Origin: Opitutaceae bacterium
Lineage (GTDB): Bacteria; Verrucomicrobiota; Verrucomicrobiia; Opitutales; Opitutaceae
Length of the DNA: 64,000 bases
Assembly (NCBI GenBank): GCA_035546595.1
Contig: DASZWO010000046.1
Location: 1,952-65,951, forward strand
Direction: 5' to 3'
The notes beneath the pieces are model-generated. The model was not told where the DNA came from, made no database searches, and saw nothing but the letters and a program-made list of their open reading frames with translations. Positions 37,303 to 47,377 of this stretch are shown one piece after another. The stretch's first letter is position 1; every line of letters starts with the position of its first letter. The position numbers and the translations under genes are program-made.

Positions 37303-39582
37303 TCAGTCGGGGAGCTGCAGGCGCAGGGTGCGGGCGCCTGACGGCGCAGGGGCGGGGGAGGTTCCGACCTGCGCCGACCATTGCGGGGGCGGGGCGCCTT
37401 TCCACGAGAAGTCGACGTGGCGGCCGCTGCGCCGGGCCTGGGCCGTGGGGCCGGGGCCCCCGTCGCGCGCCGGGATTTCGAAAGCGGCCTCGGCGCCGTC
37501 CTCCAGGTCGCCCAGGCGCAGCGTCACCCCGGCGGCGAAGTCGTAGTCGGGCCGGTCGTCTCGCGCGCCCAGCGCCACCAGGTGGCCCGGACGGATGAAA
37601 AGCGGCAGGCTGAGGAAACCGTGGCGGCCCCGGTGCCAGCGGCCCCCCTCCTGCGACTCGCCGGTCAGCAGGTGGACCCAGCGGCCCTGGGGCAGGTAGT
37701 AGTCGACCGCGCCGTCCTCGGCGAAGACGGGCGCGACCAGCAGGGAGGGCCCCAGGAAATATTGGCGGTCGAGGGTGTCGCAGGCGGGGTCATCCGGGTA
37801 TTCGAGCGGCATCGCCCGCATCACCGGCAGGCCTTCCCGGTGCGCGGCCACCGCCGCGTGCCAGAGCGTGGGCATCAGCCGGCACTTCAGCTTGGTGAAG
37901 AACCGCACGACGTCGCAGGCCTCGTCGTCGTAGGCCCAAGGGACGCGGTAGCTGCCGCTGCCGTGGAGGCGGCTGTGGGAGGAGAGCAGGCCGAAGGCCG
38001 CCCAGCGCTTGTAGACATAGGCGGGGGCCGTGCCCTCGAAGCCGCCGATGTCATGGCTCCAGAACCCGAAGCCGCAGAGCCCGAGGGAAAGGCCGCCGCG
38101 GAGCGACTCGGCCATCGATTCCATCGTCGACCAGCAGTCGCCGCCCCAGTGCACCGGGAACCGCTGGCCGGTCGCGTAGCTGGAGCGGGCGAACAGCACC
38201 GCCTCGCCCCGGCCGCGGGCGGCCTCGACGGCGCGAAACACGCACTCGTTGTAGAGCAGCGAATAGAAGTTGTGCATCCGCGCCGGATCCGCCCCGTCGT
38301 GGTAGACGACGCCCTCGGTGGGGATGCGCTCGCCGAAATCGGTCTTGATCGCATCCACGCCCATCTGCAGCAGCCGGGTGACGTGGCCGGCGAACCAGCC
38401 GGCGGCGGCGGGGTTGGTGAAGTCGACGATGGCCATGCCCGGCTGCCAGAGGTCGGTTTGCCAGACGGAGCCGTCGGTCCGGCGGATGAAATAGCCCTCC
38501 CGGGCGCCCTCGGCGAAAAGCGGCGACCTCTGCGCGACGTAGGGATTGAGCCAGAGGCTGATCCGCAGGCCCCGCTCCCGGAGCCGGGCGAGCAGTCCGG
38601 CCGGATCGGGGAAGACGCGGGGATCCCAGGTGAAGTCGCACCAGTTGAACTCCCGCATCCAGAAGCAGTCGAAATGGAAGACGTGCAGCGGAAGGTCGCG
38701 CGACTTCATCCCCTCGATGATGCCCATCACGGTCGCCTCGTCGTAATTGGTGGTGAACGAGGTGGAAAGCCAGAGCCCGAACGACCAGGCCGGCGGCAGC
38801 GCGGGCCGGCCGGTCAGGGCGGTGAGGCGGCGGAGGACGTCCTTCGGGTCCGGGCCGAGGAAGACGAGGTACTCCAGGCTCTCGCCGGCCGCCGAAAACT
38901 GGACCCGGGAGACCTTCTCGGTCGCGACCTCGAGGGAGACATGGCGGGTCTCATTGATGAGCACGCCGTAGCCGCGGTTGGTGAGATAGAAGGGCACGTT
39001 CTTGTAGGCCTGGTCGCTGCCCGTGCCGCCGTCCCGGTTGGCGATCTCGACCGCCTGGCCGTTCTTGACGAAGGCGGTGAAGCGCTCCCCCAGGCCGTAG
39101 ACGCACTCGCCGACGCCGAGGGAGAGGTTTTCGACCACGTGGGCGTCCGCGCCGGGGCCCTGCATGTAGGCGGCGCCGCGCCAGCCGCTGCGGGTGAGGA
39201 CGCGCCCGCCCTGCCGGAAGGAAAGCTCCCACCCGTTTTTGCGCTCGATCCGGGCGGTCAGGCCGGAGCTGGTCAGGGTCGCGGCGTCCTCCTCCAGCGA
39301 GACCTCGACCTTGGGCGGGGGCAGCGGCTGGAAGGCCAGCCGCGGTCCCCGCGCTCGCTCCCCCGTGAAATGCTCGATCCGCACCCGGATCACCCCCTCG
39401 GCCGGCGAGTCGATCCGCAGCGTCAGGAGCGGCCCCTGCAGGGTGTCGCCCCGGTGCCGGATCGGCCGGGTGGGGGCGTACACCGCCAGCGAGTCGCCTT
39501 CGCGGACGACGTCGTTGACCTCGGTGGCGTAGTGGGCCTGGACGCCCGGCCTCATCAGCCAGGCGCCGTCGGTGAACTTCAT
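37303..39582 (-). CDS. GH31 alpha-xylosidase (YicI-like)
   Basis: The ATG at 39582 gives MKFTDGAWLMRPGVQ..., colinear with E. coli YicI (MKISDGNWLIQPG...) by recollection. Catalytic region IKTDFGE. Confidence 0.85.
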   Translation of the reverse strand: MKFTDGAWLMRPGVQAHYATEVNDVVREGDSLAVYAPTRPIRHRGDTLQGPLLTLRIDSPAEGVIRVRIEHFTGERARGPRLAFQPLPPPKVEVSLEEDAATLTSSGLTARIERKNGWELSFRQGGRVLTRSGWRGAAYMQGPGADAHVVENLSLGVGECVYGLGERFTAFVKNGQAVEIANRDGGTGSDQAYKNVPFYLTNRGYGVLINETRHVSLEVATEKVSRVQFSAAGESLEYLVFLGPDPKDVLRRLTALTGRPALPPAWSFGLWLSTSFTTNYDEATVMGIIEGMKSRDLPLHVFHFDCFWMREFNWCDFTWDPRVFPDPAGLLARLRERGLRISLWLNPYVAQRSPLFAEGAREGYFIRRTDGSVWQTDLWQPGMAIVDFTNPAAAGWFAGHVTRLLQMGVDAIKTDFGERIPTEGVVYHDGADPARMHNFYSLLYNECVFRAVEAARGRGEAVLFARSSYATGQRFPVHWGGDCWSTMESMAESLRGGLSLGLCGFGFWSHDIGGFEGTAPAYVYKRWAAFGLLSSHSRLHGSGSYRVPWAYDDEACDVVRFFTKLKCRLMPTLWHAAVAAHREGLPVMRAMPLEYPDDPACDTLDRQYFLGPSLLVAPVFAEDGAVDYYLPQGRWVHLLTGESQEGGRWHRGRHGFLSLPLFIRPGHLVALGARDDRPDYDFAAGVTLRLGDLEDGAEAAFEIPARDGGPGPTAQARRSGRHVDFSWKGAPPPQWSAQVGTSPAPAPSGARTLRLQLPD

Positions 39583-39613
39583 GGGCGGAACACGGGGTAA
39601 GGGTGGCGGGGAG

Positions 39614-39631
39614 TGATGTATCGTTAAATCA
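39614..39631. promoter_or_regulatory. Imperfect 18-bp palindrome TGATGTATCGTTAAATCA with central CG (candidate LacI-family operator)
   Basis: 14 of 18 positions are symmetric. Lies in the 101-bp divergent GH31/GH74 promoter region. The right arm CGTTAAATCAG recurs at 43262-43272 on the opposite strand. Confidence 0.45.
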
Positions 39632-39683
39632 GACTTGGCAAACCGAAACATCGGGGGCTAAAGGAACAGGACCGTTACCCTGA

Positions 39684-41849
39684 ATGAACCGCCGGTTTGC
39701 CGCCCGCATCCTCCTGGCCGGATTGGCCCCCCTGGCTTCGGCCGCCGCCGCGGCGGCGCCCTTCCAGGCCTACACCTGGCGCAACCTCGCGATCCATGGG
39801 GGAGGCTATGTGACAGGGCTGGTCTATCACCCCTCGGAACCGGACCTGCTCTATGCCCGCACCGACGTCGGAGGCGCCTACCGCTGGGACGCCGCGCGCC
39901 GGGCCTGGCGGCCGATCACCGATATCTTCAGCCGGGCCGGCGGCGACTCGGACCTCGACGGCGTCCTCAGCCTCGCCCTCGACCCGCGCGACCCCGACAA
40001 GGTCTACCTCGCCTGCGGCGAATACACCTCGGAACGGGCGCACCCGGCCGCGGTGCTCTGGTCGGCCGACCGGGGCCGGACCTGGGGCGCCACGGCCCTG
40101 CCCTTCAGGCTCGGCGCGAACGAGGACGGCCGCGGCGCCGGGGAGCGGCTGGCGGTCGACCCGCATGACGGCCGCGTGCTGTTCCTCGGCACCAGCCGCG
40201 ACGGGCTGTGGGCCAGCACGGACGCCGGCCGGCATTGGCGCGCCGCGGGGGGCCTGCCGGGAAGGCAGGGCATCACCTTTGTGCTCTTCGACGCCGCCAG
40301 CGGCGCCGACGGGCGGCCGACGCCGGTGATCTACGCGGGACTGGCGGAGGGCGCCGGGCCCGCGCTTTTCCGCAGCGCGGACGGGGGCGGCACGTGGGCG
40401 CCGGTGGCCGGCCAGCCGGCGGGGCTTCTGGTCCAGCATGCGGCCCTCAGCGGCGGCGCTCTCTATCTGGCCGCCGGCAACGGCTTGGGCCCGAACGGCG
40501 TGACGGGCGGCGCGGTCTGGCGGTTCCAGCCCGCCGCCGGCCGCTGGCGGGACGTGACTCCGGTCAGGCCCGCCGGCGCCGACCGCTTCGGCTACGCGGG
40601 CCTGGCGGCCGACCCGGCGCGGCCGGGCACGCTCTTCGTCTCGACCCTCGACCGCTGGGCGCGGGGCGACGAGATCTTCCGGACGGAGGATGGCGGGGCG
40701 AGCTGGGTGCCGTTGCTGGCCGCGTCGTCCCTGGATCCGGCCGGGACGCCCTATGTCTCGGCGCTGAGGCCGCACTGGATCAGCGACCTGGCGCTGGACC
40801 CGCGCCATCCGGGCCGGCTGTGGTTCGTCACCGGTTACGGCGTGTGGACCACGGAGCAGGCGCGCGCCGACGTGTCGCGGGGAGAGAGGCTCTCATGGGC
40901 GTTTGCCGACAGCGGCCTGGAGGAGACGGTGGTGGACGAGCTCGTCAGCCCCGCGGAGGGCGCCCCCCTGCTCAGCGCCGTCGGCGATCTCGGCGGATTC
41001 CGGCACGAGGACTTCGCGGCCTCGCCGGCCGCGGGCATGTTCCGGCCCTTCGCGGGCGGCTGCCCCGGCCTGAGCGCGGCGGCGGGGGAGCCGAGGCGGA
41101 TGGTGCGCACGGACCAAGGCCCGACCCGGGGCGCGGTCTCGGACGACGGGGGGCTGAGCTGGAGGAATTTCGGCTCGGCGCCGGCGGAGGCGCGGGAATT
41201 CGGGGCGGGCATCGCCGCGATCGCGGCGGACGGGCGCCGGATCGTCTGGCTGCCGAAGGGCTCAGGCCCGTTCTATTCGGACGACGACGGCTCAAGCTGG
41301 CGCCGGAGCCGCGCCGCCCTGGTCTCGACCAGAACCTGGAAGACCTACGGCCCGGTGGCCGATCCGGCGAACCCGCGGAGATTCTACCTTTACGATCCGC
41401 TCAGCGGCGCGTTCTACGCCAGCGCCGATGGCGGCGAAAGCTTCGGCCAAACCGCGGCGCTGCCCGCCGGCGGCGGCCTGCTGCGCGCGGAACCCGGGGC
41501 GGAAGGCCGGCTGTGGCTGCCGTTGGAGGGCGGGCTGAGGCTTTCCGAGGACGGAGGAAGGACGTTCCGGCCGCTGCCCGGGGTTGCCACGGCCTACCAG
41601 GTCGGCTTCGGCGCGCCCGCCCCGGGCGCGAGGCGCCCGGCGGTCTATCTCGACGGGGAGGTTGGCGGCGTCGGCGCCTTCTTCCGCTCGGACGACGGGG
41701 GGAGGACCTGGGTGCGGATCAGCGACGAGCGGATTCGCCTGGGCTACATCCGGACGCTGGCGGGCGATCCCCGGGCCTACGGGCGCATTTACGTCGGCAC
41801 CAGCGGCCGGGGAATCTTCGTGGGAGAGCCGGCCGCCGCGGCCCGGTAG
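39684..41849 (+). CDS. GH74-like xyloglucanase (double beta-propeller with BNR/Asp-box repeats), secreted
   Basis: Signal peptide. N-terminus YTWRNLAIHGGGYVTGLVYHPSEPDLLYARTDVGGAYRW is typical of GH74. Nine S-x-D-x-G-x-T/S-W/F boxes are present (SADRGRTWG, STDAGRHWR, SADGGGTWA and others). Confidence 0.8.
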   Translation: MNRRFAARILLAGLAPLASAAAAAAPFQAYTWRNLAIHGGGYVTGLVYHPSEPDLLYARTDVGGAYRWDAARRAWRPITDIFSRAGGDSDLDGVLSLALDPRDPDKVYLACGEYTSERAHPAAVLWSADRGRTWGATALPFRLGANEDGRGAGERLAVDPHDGRVLFLGTSRDGLWASTDAGRHWRAAGGLPGRQGITFVLFDAASGADGRPTPVIYAGLAEGAGPALFRSADGGGTWAPVAGQPAGLLVQHAALSGGALYLAAGNGLGPNGVTGGAVWRFQPAAGRWRDVTPVRPAGADRFGYAGLAADPARPGTLFVSTLDRWARGDEIFRTEDGGASWVPLLAASSLDPAGTPYVSALRPHWISDLALDPRHPGRLWFVTGYGVWTTEQARADVSRGERLSWAFADSGLEETVVDELVSPAEGAPLLSAVGDLGGFRHEDFAASPAAGMFRPFAGGCPGLSAAAGEPRRMVRTDQGPTRGAVSDDGGLSWRNFGSAPAEAREFGAGIAAIAADGRRIVWLPKGSGPFYSDDDGSSWRRSRAALVSTRTWKTYGPVADPANPRRFYLYDPLSGAFYASADGGESFGQTAALPAGGGLLRAEPGAEGRLWLPLEGGLRLSEDGGRTFRPLPGVATAYQVGFGAPAPGARRPAVYLDGEVGGVGAFFRSDDGGRTWVRISDERIRLGYIRTLAGDPRAYGRIYVGTSGRGIFVGEPAAAAR

Positions 41850-41861
41850 CCCCGCTCGGGA

Positions 41862-43214
41862 TCAGACCACGCGGTTTTCCGCGATGATCCTGGAATAATA
41901 GCGCGCGGAGAGCTTGGGCGTCCGCTTTTGCGTGCCGTAGTCGACGTGGACGAGGCCGAAGCGCCGCTCATAGCCGTCCTCCCACTCGAAGTTGTCCATG
42001 AAGGACCAGTGGAAATAGCCGGCGACCGGCACGCCGTCCGCGATGGCGCGGCGCACCTCGCGCAGGTGCGAGCGGAGGAATTCGCGGCGGTGGAGGTCGA
42101 TCACCTCGCCGTTGACCACGGCCTCGTCGTTGTAGCCGCAGCCGTTCTCGGTGATGTAGATCGGGCCGGGGTGGTAGGCTTCGTGGGCGAGGCGGGTGCC
42201 CCAGTACATCACCTGGGGCGCCAGGTGCAGCCACGGGCTGTCGGCCTTCGGGAAGTGCGCGGGGAGCGGCAGCTCCTCGGGCGCCCCGCCGGCGCCGGCC
42301 CGGACGAAGGTGCCGGTGTAGAGGTTGAGTCCGAGAAAATCGGTCGGCGCGCTGATCAGGCCGAAATCCCCGGGGGCGACGCGCGGGGCGTCCGCCCCGC
42401 AGCGCGCCAGATAGGCCGGCGAATACCCGCCGCGGTAGAGCGCGCCGAGGAGAAAGTCGTTCCGCCGCTCGTACCAGGCGCGCGCCGCAGCGATGTCCGC
42501 CGCCGTCTCCGTGGCCGGCATGCAGATGTCGCTGTTGTCGGTCAGGCCGACGCGCGCCCCGGCCCCGCCGAACTCGCGGACGGCGCGCACCGCGTGGCCG
42601 TGGCAGAGCAGGGCGTGATGATAGGCCTGGTTGAGCTCGGCCGCCGAGATCTTGCGCCCGGGCGCCTTGCCGCCGAATCCGTAGGCGAGGGTGGTGAAGC
42701 AGCGGATTTCGTTCAGCGAGATCCAGTTCTTCACCTCGCTCTTGAAGGCGCGCACCACGGTGTCGGCATAGCGGCCGAAGGCGTCGACCGTGGCGCGGGC
42801 GGGCCAGCCGCCGCGGTCCTCGAGGGCCTGCGGGAGGTCCCAGTGGAAGAGGGTGACCCAGGGGGTGATGCCCCGTTCGGCCAGCGCGGCGAACAGCCGG
42901 CGGTAGAAATCGAGGCCGGCCTGATTCGGCGGCCCGTCGCCCTGGGGGAAGATGCGGGGCCAGGCCAGCGAGAGCCGATAATGCCTCAGGCCGAGCGAGC
43001 GCATGAGGTCGAAGTCCTCGCGGAAGCGGTGGTAGTGGTCGCAGGCGACCTCGAGGGTGTCGCCGCCATGAATCCGGCCCGGCTGCCGCGCGAAGCGGTC
43101 CCAGATGGACTCGCCCTTGCCGTCCGCAAAGGCGGCCCCCTCGACCTGGGGAGCGGCGGTGGCGGCCCCCCAGGTGAAATCCGGCGGGAAGGAATCGGCC
43201 GCTTCGGGTGGCAT
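41862..43214 (-). CDS. GH1 beta-glucosidase (copy 1)
   Basis: FPPDFTWGAATAAPQVEG, acid/base LNEIRC, nucleophile ITENGCGY. The ATG at 43214 was chosen; the track start at 43484 would run across the divergent GH2 gene start. Confidence 0.85.
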   Translation of the reverse strand: MPPEAADSFPPDFTWGAATAAPQVEGAAFADGKGESIWDRFARQPGRIHGGDTLEVACDHYHRFREDFDLMRSLGLRHYRLSLAWPRIFPQGDGPPNQAGLDFYRRLFAALAERGITPWVTLFHWDLPQALEDRGGWPARATVDAFGRYADTVVRAFKSEVKNWISLNEIRCFTTLAYGFGGKAPGRKISAAELNQAYHHALLCHGHAVRAVREFGGAGARVGLTDNSDICMPATETAADIAAARAWYERRNDFLLGALYRGGYSPAYLARCGADAPRVAPGDFGLISAPTDFLGLNLYTGTFVRAGAGGAPEELPLPAHFPKADSPWLHLAPQVMYWGTRLAHEAYHPGPIYITENGCGYNDEAVVNGEVIDLHRREFLRSHLREVRRAIADGVPVAGYFHWSFMDNFEWEDGYERRFGLVHVDYGTQKRTPKLSARYYSRIIAENRVV

Positions 43215-43262
43215 CACGGCGACAGAGCCCAGCGCCGCAGCCGAACACAAGCCCGGAACCGC

Positions 43263-43272
43263 TGATTTAACG
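43263..43272. promoter_or_regulatory. Operator half-site TGATTTAACG in the GH1/GH2 divergent promoter
   Basis: The reverse complement CGTTAAATCA equals the right arm of the 39614-39631 palindrome. The identity extends to the 11-mer CGTTAAATCAG. Confidence 0.35.
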
Positions 43273-43332
43273 AAAAACTTGCATTTATGGGCCGAGCACC
43301 CACGGTCGCGAGCCAACCCCGTACCCCCGGTC

Positions 43333-45744
43333 ATGAAGAAGCCCGTCGTCGCGCTGCTCCTCGCGCTCGTCCCGGCCCTCGCTGCCCCCGGCGGTACGCC
43401 GCGCGAGCGGACTGCCTTCGATGCCGGCTGGCGCTTCGCCCTCGGCGACCGGTGCGACCCGGCGAAAGACTTCAACCATGGCACCGGCTATTTCTCCTAC
43501 CTGGCCAAGGCCGGGTACGGGGACGGGCCGGCGGATCCGAAGTTTGACGCCTCGGCCTGGCGGAGGCTCGACCTGCCGCACGATTGGGCGGTGGAGGCGC
43601 CCTTCGACGAGCGCGCCAGCCCCAGCCACGGCTTCAAGGCGGTCGGCCGGGGATTTCCGCAGCGCAGCGTGGGCTGGTACCGGAAGACGTTCACGGTCCC
43701 CGCCGGCGGGCAGGGCAGCCGCTTCAGCCTGGAATTCGACGGGGTGCAGCGGGACGCCCAGGTCTGGGTCAACGGCTTCTATCTCGGGCGAGAGGCGAGC
43801 GGCAGCGAGAGCTTTGCCTACGACATCACCGACTATCTCAACTACGGCGGCGACAACGTCGTGGCCGTGCGGGCCGACGTGACGCTGGAGGAGGGCTGGT
43901 ACTACGAGGGCGCCGGCATCTACCGGCACGTCTGGCTCGCCCGGACGGCGCCGCTGCACGTCGCGCACTGGGGCACCTTCGTCACCGCCGAGCTGAACGC
44001 CGACCTTTCGTCGGCGGAGGTGCGCGCGCGCGCGACGGTCGCCAATGACGGGCCGAGGCCGGCGGCCTTCGTGCTGGAGCAGAGCGTGGTGTCGCCGGAG
44101 GGCCGGACGCTCGCGACCCGGACGCTTCACGGGCTCGCGCTGGCCCCCGGCGGCAGCGCGGAATTCTCCCTCGGGCTGCCGGTGGCGAAGCCCCGCCTCT
44201 GGTCGACGGAAACGCCCGCCCTCCACGTCCTGGTCACCGTGCTGCGCGACGCCTCGGGCGCCGTGGTCGACCGCTGCGAGACCCCCTTCGGCATCCGCTC
44301 GGTCCGCTTCGATCCGGACCGCGGGTTCTTCCTCAACGGCCGGCGCCTGGAGCTGAAGGGCGCGGACGTCCACCAGGACCACGCGGGGGTGGGGGTGGCG
44401 GTCCCCGACGCCCTCTGGGAGTACCGCTTGAGGCGGCTGCGCGCGTTCGGCTGCAACGCCATCCGCACCGCCCACCAGCCGCCCGCCCCGGCGCTGCTCG
44501 ATGCCTGCGACCGGCTGGGCATGCTGGTGATCGACGAGAACCGGGAGATGGGCCTGAGCCCGGCCCAGCTCGGCCCGCTCGAGGCCATGGTCCGCCGGGA
44601 CCGGAACCACCCCAGCGTCATCCTCTGGTCGGTCGGGAACGAGGAGTGGCGGATCGAGGGCAACGCCCTGGGCGCCCGGATCACCGCCGCGATGCAGGCC
44701 ATCGTCCGGCGGCTGGATCCGAGCCGGCGGGCGACCGTCGCGATCAGCGGCGGGTGGGGGGGCAGCTCCACCACCACCGACGTCGTGGGCTACAATTACA
44801 TCTCGCAGTCGAATCCCGACGCGCAGCACGCCAAGTTTCCCCTTCAGCCCGGCGTGGGCACCGAGGAAACCACGACCCAGGGGACGCGGGGCATCTATTT
44901 CGACGACAAGCCGCGCGCCCACCTGGCGCCGATGGCGCGGGGCGACAGCGGCGGCAATTGCGAGGTGGGATGGCGCTACTACGCGGCCCGGCCCTTTCTG
45001 GCCGGCCTGTTCTTCTGGACGGGCTTCGACTACCGCGGCGAGCCGACGCCGCTGGGCTGGCCGGCGATCAGCTCCCAGTTCGGCATCCTCGACACCTGCG
45101 GGTTTCCCAAGGACAGCTTTTACTACCTCAAGTCCTGGTGGACCGACCAGCCGGTGCTGCACATTTTCCCGCACTGGAACTGGCCGGGCAAGGTCGGCCA
45201 GAGGCTCACCGTCGGCTGCTACAGCAACTTCGAGGCGGTCGAGCTCGTGCTCAACGGCGTTTCGCTCGGCAAGAAGGAGATGCCGCGGAACGGGCACCTG
45301 GAGTGGCAGGTGGCCTACCAGCCCGGCGTGCTCGAAGCGCGCGGCTACCGCGCCGGGCGCGTGGCGGCGACGGTGCGCGAGGAGACCACCGGCGCGCCGG
45401 CGCGCCTCGAGCTCTCGGCGGACCGGCGGACGGTGCGCGCCGATGGCGCGGACGTCGCCGTGGTCGCGGTGCGCGCGGTGGACGCGCGGGGCCGCACGGT
45501 GCCGACGGCGGGCGACCCCGTCAGCTTCACCGCGGAAGGCGGGCGCATCCTGGGAGTCGGCAACGGCGACCCCGGCTGCCACGAGGCCGACGCCGGGAGC
45601 GAGCGCAGCCTCTTCAACGGCTGGGCGCAGGTCATCGTGCAGGCGCCCCGAGCGCCGGGCGCGGTCATCCTGCGGGCCGCCGCCCCCGGCCTGGAGGGGG
45701 CCGCCCTCACCCTCACCGCGCAACCAGCGAATTCTACCCCATGA
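43333..45744 (+). CDS. GH2 glycosidase (beta-galactosidase-like), secreted
   Basis: Signal peptide MKKPVVALLLALVPALAA. GH2 sugar-binding region (WRRLDLPHDWAVE, FDGVQRDAQVWVNG). Acid/base context WSVGNEEW. Confidence 0.85.
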   Translation: MKKPVVALLLALVPALAAPGGTPRERTAFDAGWRFALGDRCDPAKDFNHGTGYFSYLAKAGYGDGPADPKFDASAWRRLDLPHDWAVEAPFDERASPSHGFKAVGRGFPQRSVGWYRKTFTVPAGGQGSRFSLEFDGVQRDAQVWVNGFYLGREASGSESFAYDITDYLNYGGDNVVAVRADVTLEEGWYYEGAGIYRHVWLARTAPLHVAHWGTFVTAELNADLSSAEVRARATVANDGPRPAAFVLEQSVVSPEGRTLATRTLHGLALAPGGSAEFSLGLPVAKPRLWSTETPALHVLVTVLRDASGAVVDRCETPFGIRSVRFDPDRGFFLNGRRLELKGADVHQDHAGVGVAVPDALWEYRLRRLRAFGCNAIRTAHQPPAPALLDACDRLGMLVIDENREMGLSPAQLGPLEAMVRRDRNHPSVILWSVGNEEWRIEGNALGARITAAMQAIVRRLDPSRRATVAISGGWGGSSTTTDVVGYNYISQSNPDAQHAKFPLQPGVGTEETTTQGTRGIYFDDKPRAHLAPMARGDSGGNCEVGWRYYAARPFLAGLFFWTGFDYRGEPTPLGWPAISSQFGILDTCGFPKDSFYYLKSWWTDQPVLHIFPHWNWPGKVGQRLTVGCYSNFEAVELVLNGVSLGKKEMPRNGHLEWQVAYQPGVLEARGYRAGRVAATVREETTGAPARLELSADRRTVRADGADVAVVAVRAVDARGRTVPTAGDPVSFTAEGGRILGVGNGDPGCHEADAGSERSLFNGWAQVIVQAPRAPGAVILRAAAPGLEGAALTLTAQPANSTP

Positions 45745-47264
45745 GTGAAATGACCGCCCATCCCGCATCCGCCCCGATCGCCCCCACCGCCCCGGAGGAC
45801 CGGGTGCCGAAGGTCCAGAAGCTCGGCTACGGCCTCGGCACCTTCCTGGACATGTGGGGGCACTGGCTCTACCCGACGCTGGCCAACCAGGTGTTCAACA
45901 TCGGGCTCGGCGTGTCCCCGGCGCTGGTGAGCTCCGCCATCATGCTGAACCGCGTCTTCGACGCGTTCTCCGATCCGCTCTTCGGCTGGTGGTCGGACAA
46001 CACCCGGACGCGCTGGGGCCGCCGCCGCCCCTTCATGCTGGTGGGCTCGGTCGTCGCCGGCGCCTGCCTGCCGCTCCTGTTCTGGGTCCACCCCGGCTGG
46101 AGCCAGATGCACTACTTCTGGTTCATGGTGCTCACCTCGGCCGTCTACATTCCGGTGATGAGCTGCTTCTTCATGCCCTACGTGAGCCTGGGCGCGGAGA
46201 TGACGCCGGACTACCACGAGCGGACCAGCGTGATGTCCTACAAGTACGCGGTGCAGAAGCTGCCCGAGCTCGGATTGTTCTTCGCGGCGCAGTTCACGAC
46301 CCTGGCGGTCTGGGTGGGGGCGAACTCGTCCAACGCCGGCGCGCGCATCCGCGGCCTGCTGCGCCACCGCTCGGCCTGGGCGGCGGCCCCGGCCGGCACC
46401 GCGCCCAACATCCTGATGGGCGCCGAGGTCTACTGCATGATCCTGGGGGCCCTGATGATCCTCGCCGGGGTGACGCTCGTGCTGACGGTGCGCGAGCGCT
46501 ACTATGACAAGCTGGTGGAGGGGCGCCAGGGGCGGATTTCCCTCTTCAAGTCCCTGGGGCAGACGGTGGGGTGCCGGCCGTTCCGGCTCCTGATCGGAAT
46601 GCGGCTGGCCTACGGGATGGGGCTGAGCATGGTCAGCACCCTCGGCTACTACGACACGGTCTACTACGTCTGCCACGGGGACCTCGGCTCGGGCGCCCGC
46701 TGGAACTTCTGGATGGGCGTCTCGGGAATGATCCTCGGCTTTCTCGGCATCCCGACCTTCACGGCGGTGGCGCGCCGCCTGGGCAAGCGCCACAGCATGC
46801 GGACGGTGATGTGCATCGCCATCGCCGCCTTCGTCGCGACCTGGTGGCTGTACGACCCGGCCCGCCCCTGGCTCCAGCCGCTCGCCTCCGGCTTCATCGC
46901 CTTCATCGGGGCGGGCTTCTGGACGCTCGACGGGTCCATGCTGGCGGACATCATCGACTACGACGAGCTGGCCACCGGCAACCGCCGGGAAGGGGTGTTC
47001 GCCTCGGCCGGCTCCTGGATCATGAAGTGCGGGATGGCGCTGGGGGCCGGGGCGGCGGGCTTTATCCTCAGCGGTACCGGCTTCGACGTGGCCCTGGGCG
47101 GAAACCAGACCGCCCATTCCATCTTCATGATCCGCCTGCTGCTGGGAGTGATTCCGATCCTCGGCCTGCTACTGTCGCTGCTCGCCCTGGCGCGGTACAC
47201 CCTGTCCCAAGAGGTGATGGCGGACATCCGCCGCCAATTGGAGGCCCGCCGCGGGGTGGTCTGA
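45741..47264 (+). CDS. MFS glycoside-pentoside-hexuronide (GPH) family cation symporter
   Basis: About 12 TM segments. GPH signature region RVFDAFSDPLFGWWSDNTRTRWGRRRPF. The ATG overlaps the GH2 stop (ATGA at 45741-45744). Confidence 0.85.
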   Translation: MSEMTAHPASAPIAPTAPEDRVPKVQKLGYGLGTFLDMWGHWLYPTLANQVFNIGLGVSPALVSSAIMLNRVFDAFSDPLFGWWSDNTRTRWGRRRPFMLVGSVVAGACLPLLFWVHPGWSQMHYFWFMVLTSAVYIPVMSCFFMPYVSLGAEMTPDYHERTSVMSYKYAVQKLPELGLFFAAQFTTLAVWVGANSSNAGARIRGLLRHRSAWAAAPAGTAPNILMGAEVYCMILGALMILAGVTLVLTVRERYYDKLVEGRQGRISLFKSLGQTVGCRPFRLLIGMRLAYGMGLSMVSTLGYYDTVYYVCHGDLGSGARWNFWMGVSGMILGFLGIPTFTAVARRLGKRHSMRTVMCIAIAAFVATWWLYDPARPWLQPLASGFIAFIGAGFWTLDGSMLADIIDYDELATGNRREGVFASAGSWIMKCGMALGAGAAGFILSGTGFDVALGGNQTAHSIFMIRLLLGVIPILGLLLSLLALARYTLSQEVMADIRRQLEARRGVV

Positions 47265-47295
47265 GCCCGGACCGCGGGGCGGCGCCGCAGCGGAC

Positions 47296-47324
47296 TCTTA
47301 ATTCGCGGACAACGGGTCTCATTC
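47296..47324 (+). promoter_or_regulatory. Bipartite motif TCTTAATTCG-N12-CTCATTC upstream of the esterase gene
   Basis: Exact two-block match with identical 12-nt spacing to 55205-55233, and a degenerate copy at 51364-51392. Confidence 0.45.
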
Positions 47325-47377
47325 CCATGGAGGAAGGATTGTCCTAGGCTCGCCCCCGCCCCGCCCCGCTTTCCGCC

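Noticed and set aside
43215-43484. N-terminal extension of the GH1 gene (track start at 43484)
   Set aside because: It would run through the divergent promoter and over the start of the GH2 gene. The GH1 family N-terminus (FPPDFTWG) begins just after the ATG at 43214. A cryptic non-ATG signal-peptide start cannot be fully excluded.
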